A stretch of 64,000 bases of DNA from Stegostoma tigrinum (taxonomy: Eukaryota): assembly GCF_030684315.1 (NCBI RefSeq), contig NC_081387.1, forward strand, positions 6,428,497 to 6,492,496. Reading direction: 5' to 3'. The position numbers and the translations under genes are program-made. Of this stretch, positions 37,101-50,008 are shown one piece after another (position 1 is the stretch's first letter; each line of letters opens with the position of its first letter). The notes under the pieces were generated by a model. The model was not told where the DNA came from. It did no database searches and saw only the letters and a program-made list of their open reading frames with translations.

Positions 37101-40100
37101 AGTTCCGCACTCCCTCAGTGCTGACCCTCTGATAGTGTGACACTGCCTCAGTACTGTCCCTCTGACAGTGCAGCCTCCCTCAGTACTGAACCTCTGACAG
37201 TGCGTCACTCCCTCAGTACTGACCCTCTGACAGTGCAGCAGTCCCTCAGTACTGACCCTATGACAGTGCGGCCCTCCCTCAACACTGACCTCTAACAGTG
37301 CTGCACTGCCTCAGTGCTGACCCTCTGACAGTGCAGCTGTCCCTCGGTACTGACCCTCTGACAGTGCAGCACTCCCTCAGTACTGACCCCCTGACAGTGC
37401 TGCACTCCCTTAATACTGACCCTCTGACAGTGCCGCACACACTGTGCACTGACCCTCTTGCAGTGCAGCACTCCCTCAGTACTGAACCTCTGACAGTGCG
37501 GCACTCCCTCACCGCTGACCTCTAACAGTGCTGCACTCGCTCAGCACTGACCCTCTGACAGTTAAGCTCTCCCTCAGTACTGACCCTGTGACAGTGTGAC
37601 ACTCCCTCAGTACTGACCCTCTGACAGTGCGGCACTCCCTCAGCACTGACCCTCTGACAGTGCAACACTCCCTCAGAACTGACGCTATGACAGTGCAGCA
37701 CTCCCTCACCGCTGACCTCTAACAGTGCTGCACTCCCTCAGCACTGACCCTCTGACAGTGCAGCACTCCCTCAGTACTGACCCTCTGACAGTGCAGCACT
37801 CCCTCAGTACTGACCCTCTGACAGTGCCTCACTCCCTGAGTACTGACCCTCTGACAGTGCAGCTGTCCCTCAGTACTGACCCTCTGACAGTTCAGCTGTC
37901 CCTCAGTACTGACCCTCTGACATTGAGGCACTCCCTCAGTACTGACCCTCTGACAGTGCTGCACTCCCTCAGTACTGACACTCTGACAGTGCGGCACTCC
38001 CTCAGTACTGACCCTCTGACAGTGCGGCGCTCCCTCAGTACTGACCCTCTGACAGTGTGACACTCCCTCAGCACTGACCCTCTGACAGTGCGGCACTGCC
38101 TCAGTACTGACCCAATAATAGTGCTGCACTCCCGCTGCACTTACCCTCTGACAGTGCAGCACTCCCTCAGTACTGACCCTCTGACAGTGCAGCACTCCCT
38201 CAGTACTGACACTCTGATAGTGCAGCACTCCCTCAGTACTGACCCTCTGACAGTGTGGCATTCCGTCAGCACTGTCCCTCTGACAGTGCGGCGCACCCTT
38301 TGTACTGACCCTCTGACAGTGTGACACTCCCTCAGTACTGACACTCTGACAGTGCGACACTCCCTCAGCAATGACCCTCTGACAGCGTCGCACTCCCTCA
38401 GTACTGACCCCGTGACAGTGCGGCACTCCCTCAGTACTGACACTCTGGCAGTGCGAAACTACCTCAATAGTGACCCTCTGACAATGCCGCACTCACTGTG
38501 CACTGACCCTCTGACAGTGCAGCACTCCCTCAGTACTGACCCTCTGACAGTGCAGCACTCCCTCAGTACTGACCCAATAATAGTGCTGCCACTCCCGCTG
38601 CACTTACCCTCTGACAGTGCAGCACTCCCTCAGTACTGACCCTCTAACAGTGCAGCACTCCCTCAGTACTGACCCTCTGACAGTGCGGCACTCCCTCAGC
38701 ACTGACCCTCTGACAGTTAAGCTGTCCCTCAGTACTGACCCTGTGACATTGTGACACTCCCTCAGGACTGACTCTCTGACGTGAAGCATTCGCTCTGTAC
38801 TGATCCCCTGACAGTGCTGCACTCCCTCAGTACTGACCATCTGACAGTGCGGCAGTCCCGCATGACTGACCCTCTGAGAGTGAGGAATTCCCTCAGTACT
38901 GATCCTCTGACTGTACAGCACTCCCTCAGCACTGACCCTCTGACAGTGCGGCTCTCCCCCAGCACTGACCAGCGAACAGTGCTGCACTCCCTCAGTACTG
39001 ACCCTCTAACAGGGCTGCGCTCCCTCAGCACTGACCCTCTGACACTGCAGCACTACCCCAGTACTGACCCTCTGACAGTGCAGCACTCCTTCAGTACTGA
39101 CCCTCTGACAGTCCCGCACTCCCTCTGCACTGACCTTCTGGCAGTGGGGCACCCGCTCAACACTGACATTCTGACAGTGCAGCTCTCCCCCAGATCTGAC
39201 CCGCTGACAATGCGGCACTCCCTCAGGACTGACCCTCTGACAGTGCGGCACTCCCTCAGGACTGACCCTCTGACAGTGTGACACTCCCTCAGGACTGACC
39301 CTCTGACAGTGCGGCACTCCCTCAGGACTGACCCTCTGACAGTGTGACACTCCCTCAGTACTGACCCTCTGACATTGCGGCACTCCCTCAGTACTGACCC
39401 TCTGACAGTGCAGTGCTGCGTCATTACTGACTCTCTGACAGTGCCGCACTCCCTCGGTACTGACCCTCCGTCAGTGTGACATTCCGTCAGCACTGTCCCT
39501 CTGACAGTGCAGCGCTCCCTCAGTACTGAACCTCGGACAGTGGGACACTCCCTCAGTACTGACCCTGTGACAGTGCAGCACTCCATCAGTACTGACCCTC
39601 TGACAGTGCGGCACTCCATCAGTACTGACCCTCTGACAGTGTGACACTCCCTCAGTACTGACACTCTGACAGTGCGGCACTCCCTCAGTACTGACCCTCT
39701 GACAGTGTGACACTCCATCAGTACTGACCCTCTGACAGTGTGACACTCCCTCAGTACTGACACTCTGACAGTGCCGCACTCCCTCACTACTGACCCTCAG
39801 ACAGTGCAGCACTCCTTCAGTGCTGACCCTCTGGCAGTGCGGCACTCCCTCTGCACTGACCCTCTGCCAGTGCGGCACTCCCTCAGCACTGACCCTCTGA
39901 CAGTGCGGCACTCCCTCAGTAATGACCCTCTGACATTTCTGCTCTCCCTCGGTACTGACTCTCTGACAGTGACCCTCCCTCAGTACTGACCCTCTGACAA
40001 TGCAGCACTCCCTCAGCACTGACTCTCTGACAGTGACCCTCCCTCAGTACTGACCCTCTGACAATGCAGCACTCCCTCAGCACTGGCCCTCTAGCAGTGC

Positions 40101-41180
40101 TGCACTCCCTCAGTTCTGACCCTCTGACAGTGCGGCACTCCCTCAGTTCTGACCCTCTGACAGTGCGGCACTCCCTCAGTGGTGACCCTCTGACAGTTCA
40201 GCACTCGCTCAGAACTGACACTCTGACTGTGCTGCACTGCCTCAGTACTGTCCCTCTGGCAGTTCAGCACTCCCTCAGTACTGACCCTCTGACAGTGCTG
40301 CACTCCCTCAGTACTGTCCCTCTGGCAGTTCAGCACTCCCTCAGTACTGACCCTGTGACAGTGCGGCACTCCCTTGGTACTGGCCCTCTGACAGTGCTGC
40401 ACTCCCTCAGTACTGACCCTCTGACAGTGCGGTACTCCCTCAGTACTGACCCTCTGACAGTGCGGCAGTCCCTCACTACTGACCCTCTGACAGTGCGGCA
40501 CTCCCTCAGTACTGACCCTCTGACAGTGTGACACTCCCTCAGTACTGTTCCTCTTACAGTGCGGCCCTCCCTCAGTACTGACCCTCTGACAGTGCTGCAC
40601 TCCCTCAGTACTGACCCTCTGACAGTTCCGCACTCCCTCAGTACTGACCCTCTGACAGTGTGACACTCCCTCAGTACTGATCCTCTTACAGTGCGACACT
40701 CCCTCAGTACTGACCCTCTGACAGTGCAGCACTCCCTCAGTACTGACCCGCTGACAGTGCGGCACTCCCTCACCACTGACCTCTAACAGTGCGGCACTCC
40801 CTCAGCACTGACCCTCTGACAGTTAAGCTCTCCCTCAGTGCTGACCCTGTGACATTGTGACACTCCCTCATGACTGACCCTCTGAGAGTGAAGAATTCCC
40901 TCAGTACTGATCTTCTGACTGTACAGCACTCCCACAGCACTGACCCTCTGACAGTGCGGCTCTCCCCCAGCACTGACCATCGAACAGTGCTGCACTCCCT
41001 CAGTACTGACCTTCTAACAGTGCTGCGCTCCCTCTGCACTGACCCTCTGACACTACAGCACTCCCTCAGTACTGACCCTCTGACAGTGCGGCACTCCCTC
41101 AGTGCTGACACTCTGACAGTGCAGCACTCCCTCAGTACTGACCCTCTGACAGTGCGACGCTCCCTCAGCACTGACCCTTA
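25200..41180 (-). repeat. 33-bp tandem repeat array, about 480 units, opposite orientation to 8305-9910, with higher-order duplications
   Basis: Unit CTGACCCTCTGACAGTGCNGCACTCCCTCAGTA repeated continuously over about 16 kb. Confidence 0.98.
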
Positions 41181-41651
41181 CACTGAGCGTTTTCCTGGCC
41201 TCAGTTTCGTTTTTATCCTTTGGGAGGTGCAATGTTTGACATGACTGAAATGTCACCTAGAGCATTTGAAAAGATTCTGTACTGTTCACTGTTGCCCTTT
41301 AAGCAAGGGAGTTGGCCATCTTCACCAGGTCTGTCCTACATGTGACTCCAGATCAATGGCAATGTGACTAATCTGTGTCTGCCCTTTGAAATGTCCCAGT
41401 GAGCCACCCAATGCAAGACGCAGTTCGGTATTGAGAATAAATGTTGGCCCAGCTGGTATCACCCACATCTGACAAATTAATGGGGGAAAGAAATGGAAGA
41501 ACAAATGGTGACTTTCCTCATCAGGTCACTTTCACACAGTGTGAGACTGACAGCCCACTTCCTGTCTCTTGTTCCCCTTCCTCTGAGTTCTTAGGAATCA
41601 AGAGATCACGAACGCAGCTGTTGTTTGAGCAACTGGATGGCGTTGTACAAA

Positions 41652-42125
41652 GAGGAAGGATGTCGAGGTTTGAGGAGGGTGCAGAAGAGGTTTACCAGGA
41701 TGCTGCCTGGGTTAGAGGGTATGAGCTATAAGGAGAGGCTGTTTTCTGTGGACTGGCAGAGGCTGAAGTGAGACTTGATAGAAGTCTATAAAATTATGAG
41801 ATGCACAGATAGGGTTGGCAGTCAGAATCTTTTCCCCAGAGTTCAAAGGTCTAGGGGGAGTGCATTTAAGATAAAAGGAACAAAGTTCAAAGGAGACGTG
41901 AGGGGCAAGTTTTTTACACAGTACGTGGTAAGGATCTGGAACATCCTGCTTGAGGTGGTGGGGAGGCAGATACCATAGGGGTTTTTAAGGGGCTCTTAGA
42001 TAACCACCTGAATAAGAAAAGAATGGAGGGATATGGACGATGGGCAGGCAGAAGGGATTAGTTTAATTTGATGTCATGCTCAGCACAACACTGTGGGCGG
42101 AAGGTCCTATTCCTGTGCTGCACTC
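41652..42125 (+). mobile_element. CR1 LINE 3' fragment
   Basis: RVQKRFTRMLPGLEGMSYKERL, LIEVYKIMR and FKGDVRGKFFTQ, followed by the CR1 3' UTR. Confidence 0.88.
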
Positions 42126-42370
42126 GATTGTAACTGATTGACTTGGTGTAACTTCAAGTGGCAACACATCCATTTTGAATGCAGAACGACGAGAGGTGAC
42201 AGAACCTAATTTTGAAGTGGATGAGGGTCAGAGACCTGGGGTGTCGGCCAGTGATTCTTTGGAAGTGACAGAGTAGGTGAAAGTTGGTTAAAGACTTGTT
42301 CTCGATTAATATTCGTAATATACACATTTCAACAAACAAAGGAGGTTGTAGTGAGCGTTTATAAAACGAT

Positions 42371-43556
42371 GAGATAACATGGTGTGAAGCTGGATGAACA
42401 CAGCTGGCCAAGCAGCATCTCAGGGGCAGGAAAGCTGACGTTTTGGGTCTGGACCCTTCTTCAGAAATGGGGGACAGGAAAGGGATTCTGAAATAAATAG
42501 GGAGAGAGGGAGAGGGAGATTGAAGAAGGGTAAAGGAGAAGATAGGGTGAGAGGAGACAGACAGGTCGAAGAGGCGGGGTTAGAGCCATTGAAGGTGAAT
42601 GTAGTTGGGGAGTTGGGGGTTATAGATCAGTCCAGGGAGGATGGACAGGGGGCAGTTAGGGGATTGGGGTGGGGCTTGAGGTGGGAGGAGTGGTTAGGGA
42701 GGCGGGGACTAGCTGGGCTGGTTTTAGGATGTGATCAGGGGAGGGGAGGTTTTGAAGCTTGTGAAATCCACATTGATACCCTTGGGCTGGAGGGTTCCCA
42801 AGCGGAATATGAGTTGCTGTTCCTGCATCTTTCGAGTAGCATCATTGTGGCACTGCAGGAGGCCCAGGATGGACATGTCGTCCGAGGAGTTGGTGCGGGG
42901 CAGAATTGAAATGGTTCACGACTGGGAGGTGTAGTTGTTTGTTGCGAACTGAGTATAGGTGTTCCACAAAGCAGTCCCCGAGCTTCCGTTTAGTTTTCCT
43001 GATGTAGTGGTGGCCACAACGGGAACAGGAGTTACGGTATATAACATTGACAGATGTGCAGGTGAACATCTGTTTGATGTGAAAAGTCTTCCTCGGGCCT
43101 GGGTTGGGGGTGAGGAAGGAGGTGTGGGGCAGGTGTAGCATTTGCTTTAGTTGCAGGGAAAAGTGCTGGGGGTGGCGGGGTTGGAGGGGAGTGTGGAGCG
43201 GACAAGGGAGTCACGGACAGAGTGGCCCCTCTGGAAAGCACATAAGGGTGGGGAGGGACAAATGTCTTTGGTGGTAGGATCGGATTGCAGATGGCGGAAA
43301 TGTCGGAGGATGATACATCTGCTCCTGAGATGAGGCATTCCACTCCCGAATATCCCAGATGTCCTCTTTTTTCAAAAACCTCAACTTCCCCTGCACAGTG
43401 ATCAAAAAATGCCCTCGACTGTGTGTCCCGCATATCACGCAACTCATCCCTATTCACACTAATAACCAAAACAGAAACCCCCTCGTCCTCACGTACCACC
43501 CGACCAACCTCCAAATCCAATGCATCATCCTCTGACATTTCCGCCATCTGCAATGT
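42371..43556 (-). mobile_element. Penelope-like element, 5'-truncated with an inverted 5' segment
   Basis: pLTR and GIY-YIG region on - strand (42371-43314), then the preceding ORF segment on + strand (43315-43556), overlapping by about 30 nt at IILRHFRHLQ. Confidence 0.85.
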
Positions 43557-44508
43557 TACTTTTCTATTTCTCAATTGCTGGAAATAGCTCCATTATCGCC
43601 CACTGTCTCCGTTCCATTTCTGTTCTATTAATCCATTCCTAATTGCCCATGAGAAGGTTGTGGTGAGGTGCTTTTTTGGACCACTGCAACCCAATTGCTG
43701 TAGGGACACACACAGAGCTGTTAGGAAGCGAGTTCCATGGTTTTGATCCAGCAACAGTGAATGAAGGGTGATATATTTCCAAGTCAGGAAGCTGTGTCAC
43801 TTGGAGGGGGACGTGTATGTGGTTGTGTTCCCAAGTATCTGCTGGTCTTTTCGTTTTGGGTGACAGAGGTCAGAGGGTCGGCTGTTTAAAGTGCCATTTG
43901 AACCTGGGCTTCCTGGTTCAAAGATTCACACTACTGCTGCACTACAGGAGTCCCTCAGTTCCTCAGATGGTATTCTAGCCCCAGCCATCTTCAGCTACTT
44001 CATCAATGACCTTTCCTTGATCATAATGTCAGAAGTGGGGATGTTTGCTGCATTCGTGACTCCTGAGATACTGAAGCAGTCCACGTCCAAATGCAACAAG
44101 ACAGGGAAAATACTCAAGATTGGCCTGATGAGCAGCAAGTGACACTCAGGTCAAACAAATGCCAGGCTACGACTGTCTCTCACAAGACAGGCTCAAACCA
44201 TGCGTGGAGCTGGATGAACACAGTGATAAAGTGTCAATTTAGAAGCTTTAGCAGATGAAGGCTAATGGAAGTAGAAACAAGTCACTATTGAGACTGCGGA
44301 AAAGGCACAAGGTGTATTTCTTAAAACTTCTATAAGGTCAGGAAGAATTTATTAAACTGTAGACAGTCGTGTTCATCCAGGTAAAGAACCCTAAGCCAAT
44401 AGCACAATTAACAAATTAACAGCATGGATCAGCCATTATTATGAAACTGTTAAATGAATGGGATTCATTGTACAGAACTGCAAAGGCAGTGACTCATTGA
44501 GTAAAGCA

Positions 44509-45050
44509 TTTTTACTTCAAAAATATGCTTTATTCATAAAAATATCTTTGTGTATATATATTGTCATGGATGCAGCTCGGTTCAAGTAAACAAACCTTTG
44601 AGTTTGATTCTATCCCAAAAAACTAAAGGTTTCTTTTACGCATACAAAACTATATTTACATGTATTGAGGCATAAGGATGGTCCGATAACTGAACAAACC
44701 CCCAGTTAACTTCAGTAAGAAGACCTCAGACAGTGGTCGTGCCCCACTGCATTTTGGCCGCAGTTGCCTCAAGCTCATCGAGTAAAGTACTTTCTTTTAT
44801 TTCAAAAATATACTTTATTTATAATCAAATCTTTTGCATACATACATTGTCACAAATGCAGTTCAATCCTGTACAGTTGCATATCAAGTAAACAAACAAA
44901 ACACTGGATTTTGACTCTGTCCAAAAAAAAGCTGAAGACGTCTCTTATACATAACAATAATAATATTTATACATATTTGAGGCACGAGGAGGGTCCAAAA
45001 ACTGAACGGATGCCCAATTATCTTCAGCAGGGCGACCTCAGGCAGTGGGC
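44509..45050 (-). mobile_element. Two tandem 3' ends of a related non-LTR element (Tx1-like)
   Basis: 44509-44773 and 44790-45050 are diverged direct copies with polyA signal and A-rich tail on the - strand. The first encodes a C-terminus LEATAAKMQWGTTTV*. Confidence 0.6.
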
Positions 45051-45413
45051 AGACCTGCAATACTCAATAAGGGTCGTCTCCTTGTTAAGTGACTGGGTGA
45101 AGATGAAGAGAGCAATTTGTCTGCTTTCTAGCCATAGTCATACCAACGCTCCTTCATTGTCGTATTGACACAATGGAGATTTTGTCAATCATTGTGAATA
45201 TCTGAACCCTCAGTGCAGGTTCTAAAAAGAGGTCACTTTTGAAAAGGGTGAAATGTCCCAAAGTTGAAGCGTGACCATTTCTGAATTAGTTTTTGGGCTG
45301 CTTTAGCATTCATTCATTTATCCTAGTACTTTTGAGAGGCTACACCCTGAAGAGAGAAGCTGCTGTCCTCCTTAATCCATGCTAATCCATTCTCATCCTT
45401 TGACCCTTCCTGT

Positions 45414-45744
45414 TGTTAATTCCTTAAAAAATAAGGAATAAGTTTTTAAATGTCCAGCTTTACTCCTTATTTTGTGTTGATTACATGGTTGCAAGTTAAG
45501 ACCTTCACAATAACAGCCTTTTCTGTGACTTTATACATTTCTTAATATATGATCCTCCCCAAAACAGCAAACTGTTCTCTATACCCGAACTACAAATCTA
45601 GGACATAATGTGTTTGTGACATATGCTCATGTCTGCTTCAAACCAATTTCAACCAGACTGGCAAGTCCCCTTTTTGCTTTAGCATTTGTACTTCAACCCT
45701 TGTTACGCTGTAGTTTAATCACACAATTTTCAATATACTCCACA
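45414..45744 (-). repeat. 3' LTR
   Basis: Aligns by eye over its whole length with 50009-50353; preceded on the - strand by the polypurine tract. Confidence 0.88.
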
Positions 45745-47656
45745 ACTCCCCCCTTTTGATTCTTCCCAAACATGAGCAAAGCAAGCTAGCAATAATATAC
45801 AGGTTGCCTGGTGTGTTGAATAGCAGTAAAACACCACAATTTCAGGCTTCAGTATTTGCTGAATACAACGTTTAAGCAATATAAACATGAAATGCAGAAT
45901 AAGAATCACAGCATCAAAAAGTAATACAAGCAACTTCCCCACTTTGGGCTTTAATTTTAACAATTCTTATCCGGCTTCAAGTTCAATCACTGGTTTCTCG
46001 TTAACATCATACTTGATCTTAAGATTCCCCAGTTCTCCTTTTTAAAGTATCTGTTTGCCATCATTTGTGGGCCATGCCACTTCAACCCACTATCACTTGT
46101 ATTGCACCCAAAATTCCTTTTCACTAAAATGCATATTAACTTCAATTGCCCTTTCAACGCACTATTCTAATTTACTTTTCTTCTGTGACTACTCTCCACC
46201 CCTAATTACTTCATCTCATCCAATTTTGCTATTTAATCATTGCCACATACCTAATTCCAGAGCTCTGGAGAGATCTGCAGTACATCTTGCAATATTTTAT
46301 AACAGATGTCCAACATTTCTGTTTGATTCAGGCAAAAGATACTTTGCTTGTTGTTTGTCTAAGATGACTCACATATTTTAAACTTACTTTATCGCTCATT
46401 CTAGATATTTGATATAGCTCTACTCAGATTTGTCCAAATACAAAATTCTGTTTACTCCCCCAAATTCATGGACAATTTTTATGCATTGGATTTCTTGAAT
46501 GTTTTCACAATAGTCCTTTAGTGCTGAGATGTGTTGTTAACGAGTGGCTTGATGGTTTGAGGATGCCTCACCCATCATTGTGTTGCGACACTGAAAGTCT
46601 GCAGACAATACAATATACAATACAATATCCTTTTATTGTCATCTGTGCTGCATTGTAGGCGTACAGTGAAAAATCTTTACAATGTCTGCCTTCTTATGGT
46701 GACATCTTAGGTACAAATATCTAGGTATAATTCTTGGATACAGTAGAGGGATAAAAGTAGCTATTTATTTACATAGTTGAAAATAAGTTAAAATAGGAAT
46801 ATATTAAGGGGTATATTAAGGGATTAACATTACAGTGTTCTAAGGTAAGGATTGTCGCCTCACATCGGTGGTTCAGAAGTACACACTCTTATCTGATTAA
46901 AAGAAAGGTATCCATCCATTCCACTTCAAGCAGAATTGATTAATCCGCAGTGGTATGAGTGGTGGGGTGAAAACCCCTGGACATTATTACACCAACTGTC
47001 TATCTTCCTCCTATACAGAAATAATTATAATTGGCAAAACAAAAGCCTACCTCCTTTGTTAGACTGCACTCTCCTTTCTAAAACTCATTGATAGCAGTTT
47101 CTCTCATAATTTAGAATATATCATCAGAATTTTGTTCAAAGAGAATTGCATTTCCAAAATTCCAACTTTCCTATTACTTGGATGCTTTCACACCAAAAAT
47201 ACGTTACAATGAGCAAATCTTATCATCCGAAATTAAAAATTCACTTGTGTTGAAACAATACTTGGAAGTTCAGTCTGGCCAGAAAATGAAATTCTGAACA
47301 TGATAATTTCCAATTCCAAGAGGATAAATTTTGACCAAGTTATACCAACCAATTTTTAAATCAACTTTTTGTCACAGATTTTTGCTATACACAACCACTG
47401 ATAGTTCCTGAAAAGGACATTTCATTAACTCAACATGGTCTACTCTGATAGGGGCACACAATACTTTTCAAATCACCTAGCTTCCCAAAATGCAAGCTAA
47501 ATTCAAAGCGTTCCCGGATCTCAAGCTCAAGGGAACAAAAACAAAATATTACACAAGATAACATTTAACCACCAACGAATAAAGATGCATTAAAACCAGA
47601 ACACAAAGAGTTAACACTTAGTTCAGTGAAACACAGCACCAAAAACGGATGCCTCT

Positions 47657-47875
47657 CAGTGATAATGGGAACTGCAGATGCTGGAGAATCCAAGATAACA
47701 AAGTGTGAAGCTGGATGAACACAGCAGGCCAAGCAGCATCTCAGGAGCACAAAAGCTGACGTTTCGGGCCTAGACCCTTCATGATGAAGGGTCTGGGCCC
47801 AAAACGTCAGCTTTTGTGCTCCTGAGATGCTGCTTGGCCTGCTGTGTTCATCCAGCTTCACACTTTATTATCTTG
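47657..47875. mobile_element. Miniature Penelope pLTR hairpin insertion nested in the ERV
   Basis: Inverted arms meet at CCCTTCA/TGATGAAGGG; direct repeat TGCCTCT at 47650-47656 and 47876-47882. Confidence 0.88.
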
Positions 47876-47899
47876 TGCCTCTATGCCCTTGATGCATTC

Positions 47900-48830
47900 C
47901 AGTAGCACCCATTCAGTCACAGGTTCCCCACATAGGCAAGATTCCTGTCTTCGAGCTTGGGGCTATCTGCAGCCTTCTTCTTAATCCTACATGTCTTTGC
48001 CCAATGCCCTTCTCATTCGCAGTTGTGACATTTAAACAGGTGTCTATCTGCCAAGATTGCTGGCATTGTTACTCTGGTTTGCATGGTTCTAAGTTTAGAT
48101 TCCATATTCTTTCCAAGCAATTAGCCTCTTCAATCATTTCGCCATACATTCTGCAAATGGTCTCCCAATTGGAGACTACAACCTTTAATATTTTTGCTCG
48201 TGTGTGTTTTAATCCTTCGACAAAGGCAGATTTCAGGGATGCTAGATACTACTCTCAATTTCTTTCACATGTGTGCCCTTTGCCAGGCCAGAATATTCTA
48301 TTCAGATTGCCACAAACCTTTCTGCTTCGTCCCATAATTCCTCACTGCCTTTCTGCTGACATGTTGTGAAGTTACTCCAATCTATTTTAGGTGGGCCGTA
48401 ATCCTTCAACTAATCGCTAATAGCTATCCATCCATTGTTGAGGTCTTGTCCATTGTCACCTAAATCTTCCCGAACTTTCTTAACCAGTCTCTTGCTTGCA
48501 TTATCAACTACCATGATGGACAATGCATGTATCCCATCCATTGGGTGCAGACTATATGTATTGTTAAGCTTTTCCAATTCATTCCAAGTTTTCATGTCTC
48601 TCTGTTTTGGTGAGGCAGTTCTTTGGACCATCTTTCCACCATTATGGGATTGGGAGGCTTGTGGACTGCCCATTGTGCATATTCAAAACAATACTCTTGT
48701 CATCCCCTGTGTCTTTCTCCTCATAGCTCCTGGTATATATTGGCCAAAAATTAAACGGTTGGTCCTCTTCTTCAGACTCACTAGAGTTGAGTGTTTGCCC
48801 TCATATCCCATAAACCACACTTTACCCTGG
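47900..48830 (-). pseudogene. gag: Retroviral gag relic (capsid + nucleocapsid)
   Basis: KIDWSNFTTCQQKGSEELWDEAERFVAI*IEYSG (major-homology-region-like) and zinc knuckle CHNCE*EGHWAKTC (47989-48030); in-frame stops. Confidence 0.85.
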
Positions 48831-49987
48831 TCTTGGATCACAGAATAGAATCCCTGCAGTGTGGAAACAGGCACTTTGGCCCAACAAGTCCGCACTAAAC
48901 TGCACAGCATCTCACCCAGACCCATCGCCCCATTACCCACCTAATCTACACCTCTCTGAACACTATGGGCAATTTAGTGTGGCCAATCCATCTAACCTGC
49001 ACATCTTTGGTCTGTGGGAGGAAACCCATGCAGACACAGGGAGAATGTGCAAATGCCACACAGACAGTTGCCTGAAGTTGGAATCGAACCCAGATCCCTG
49101 GTGCGAACCACTGAGCCACCGTGACACCATGCCCCCGCCATAGCTGGTATACAGGGGGGAACGTGGAAATGATGGGGGTGGAGGAACTTTCATATGTGGA
49201 ACTTTCTCCTTCTGACCCAATTTTTTTTGGTCATTTTAAGTTCTTCACAACCAGCTTCCAATTATTCCTTTAGGTTATTAATTTCACGATCATGATTAGA
49301 TTTGTCTATGATTTATTGTTGCTTTCTAATTTGTCACATTACACAATGAAAACCATCAAATCCATTTTTTTATCTTTTAATCAGGTGGCTTTACCCCAAA
49401 TATGTTTAATATCAGCCGGGGACCATTGTCCCATGGAGGTTTCATACCTCTAATGGATTTCTGTCAAAGTGTCGAGAGGTCAAATTGTTGTATTTGTCTA
49501 ATCTTTGGAGAACTTCATCTTCAGAAATATCAGGAGGAGCCCGTCATTCTTTCACTGTTGTGGGTAATTTGGAATTGGGCATTATTTAGAATAATTACAT
49601 GAATTTGGAGCCAATGGGACTCAATGAGCTGTAGGCCGGAGATCGCACTCTTTGCCTGTCAATTACAGACATCGATTAGGGGACCTGGAACCATATTTCT
49701 CTCACCAATAGAGGTGGGAGGTCCAGAGCTATTATTTCATCTGCTGGGGAGTGGGGGGCAGAAGTTTTATCTCGTCTGCCAGGAGGGCCGGAGGTTTTAT
49801 CCCCTCTGTTGAGTTGGACGTCTATAAGTAATACGGGATCAAGTGAGAAATTGCAGATAGGTTATGGATTGCGTCTGACAAAATGGGTCAGAACTTTCAC
49901 TATGACCTGAGGAATTTTCGAATTGAGGAATCCTTACCTCTCCAATAGGATGCAGGGAGTATTCAGTGCTCCAACATTCGTCTTTGT

Positions 49988-50005
49988 GATTCTGCAACTA
50001 CACCA
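49988..50005 (-). other. Primer-binding site, tRNA-Ser-like
   Basis: TGGTGTAGTTGCAGAATC lies 3 nt after the 5' LTR. It approximates the complement of the tRNA-Ser 3' end (TGGCGTAGTCGGCAGGATTC) with CpG decay and small indels. Confidence 0.7.
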
Positions 50006-50008
50006 AGT

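Noticed and set aside
25200-41180. CRISPR-like appearance of regular ~33-bp repeats
   Set aside because: The units are contiguous with no unique spacers, there are no cas genes, and the context is vertebrate.
25200-41180. GACAGTG/CACAGTG words resembling V(D)J recombination-signal heptamers
   Set aside because: Most lack the essential first C, no nonamer at 12/23 spacing was seen, and there are no V/D/J segments.
25085-41256. Dozens of long ORFs with 11-aa repeats (HCQRVSTEGVP, TVQHSLSTDPL, TVRGSVLRECC), superficially like Cys/His metal-binding proteins
   Set aside because: They follow automatically from a stop-poor 33-bp unit, occur in several frames on both strands and break at 32-bp variant units. 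The same applies to 8332-9927.
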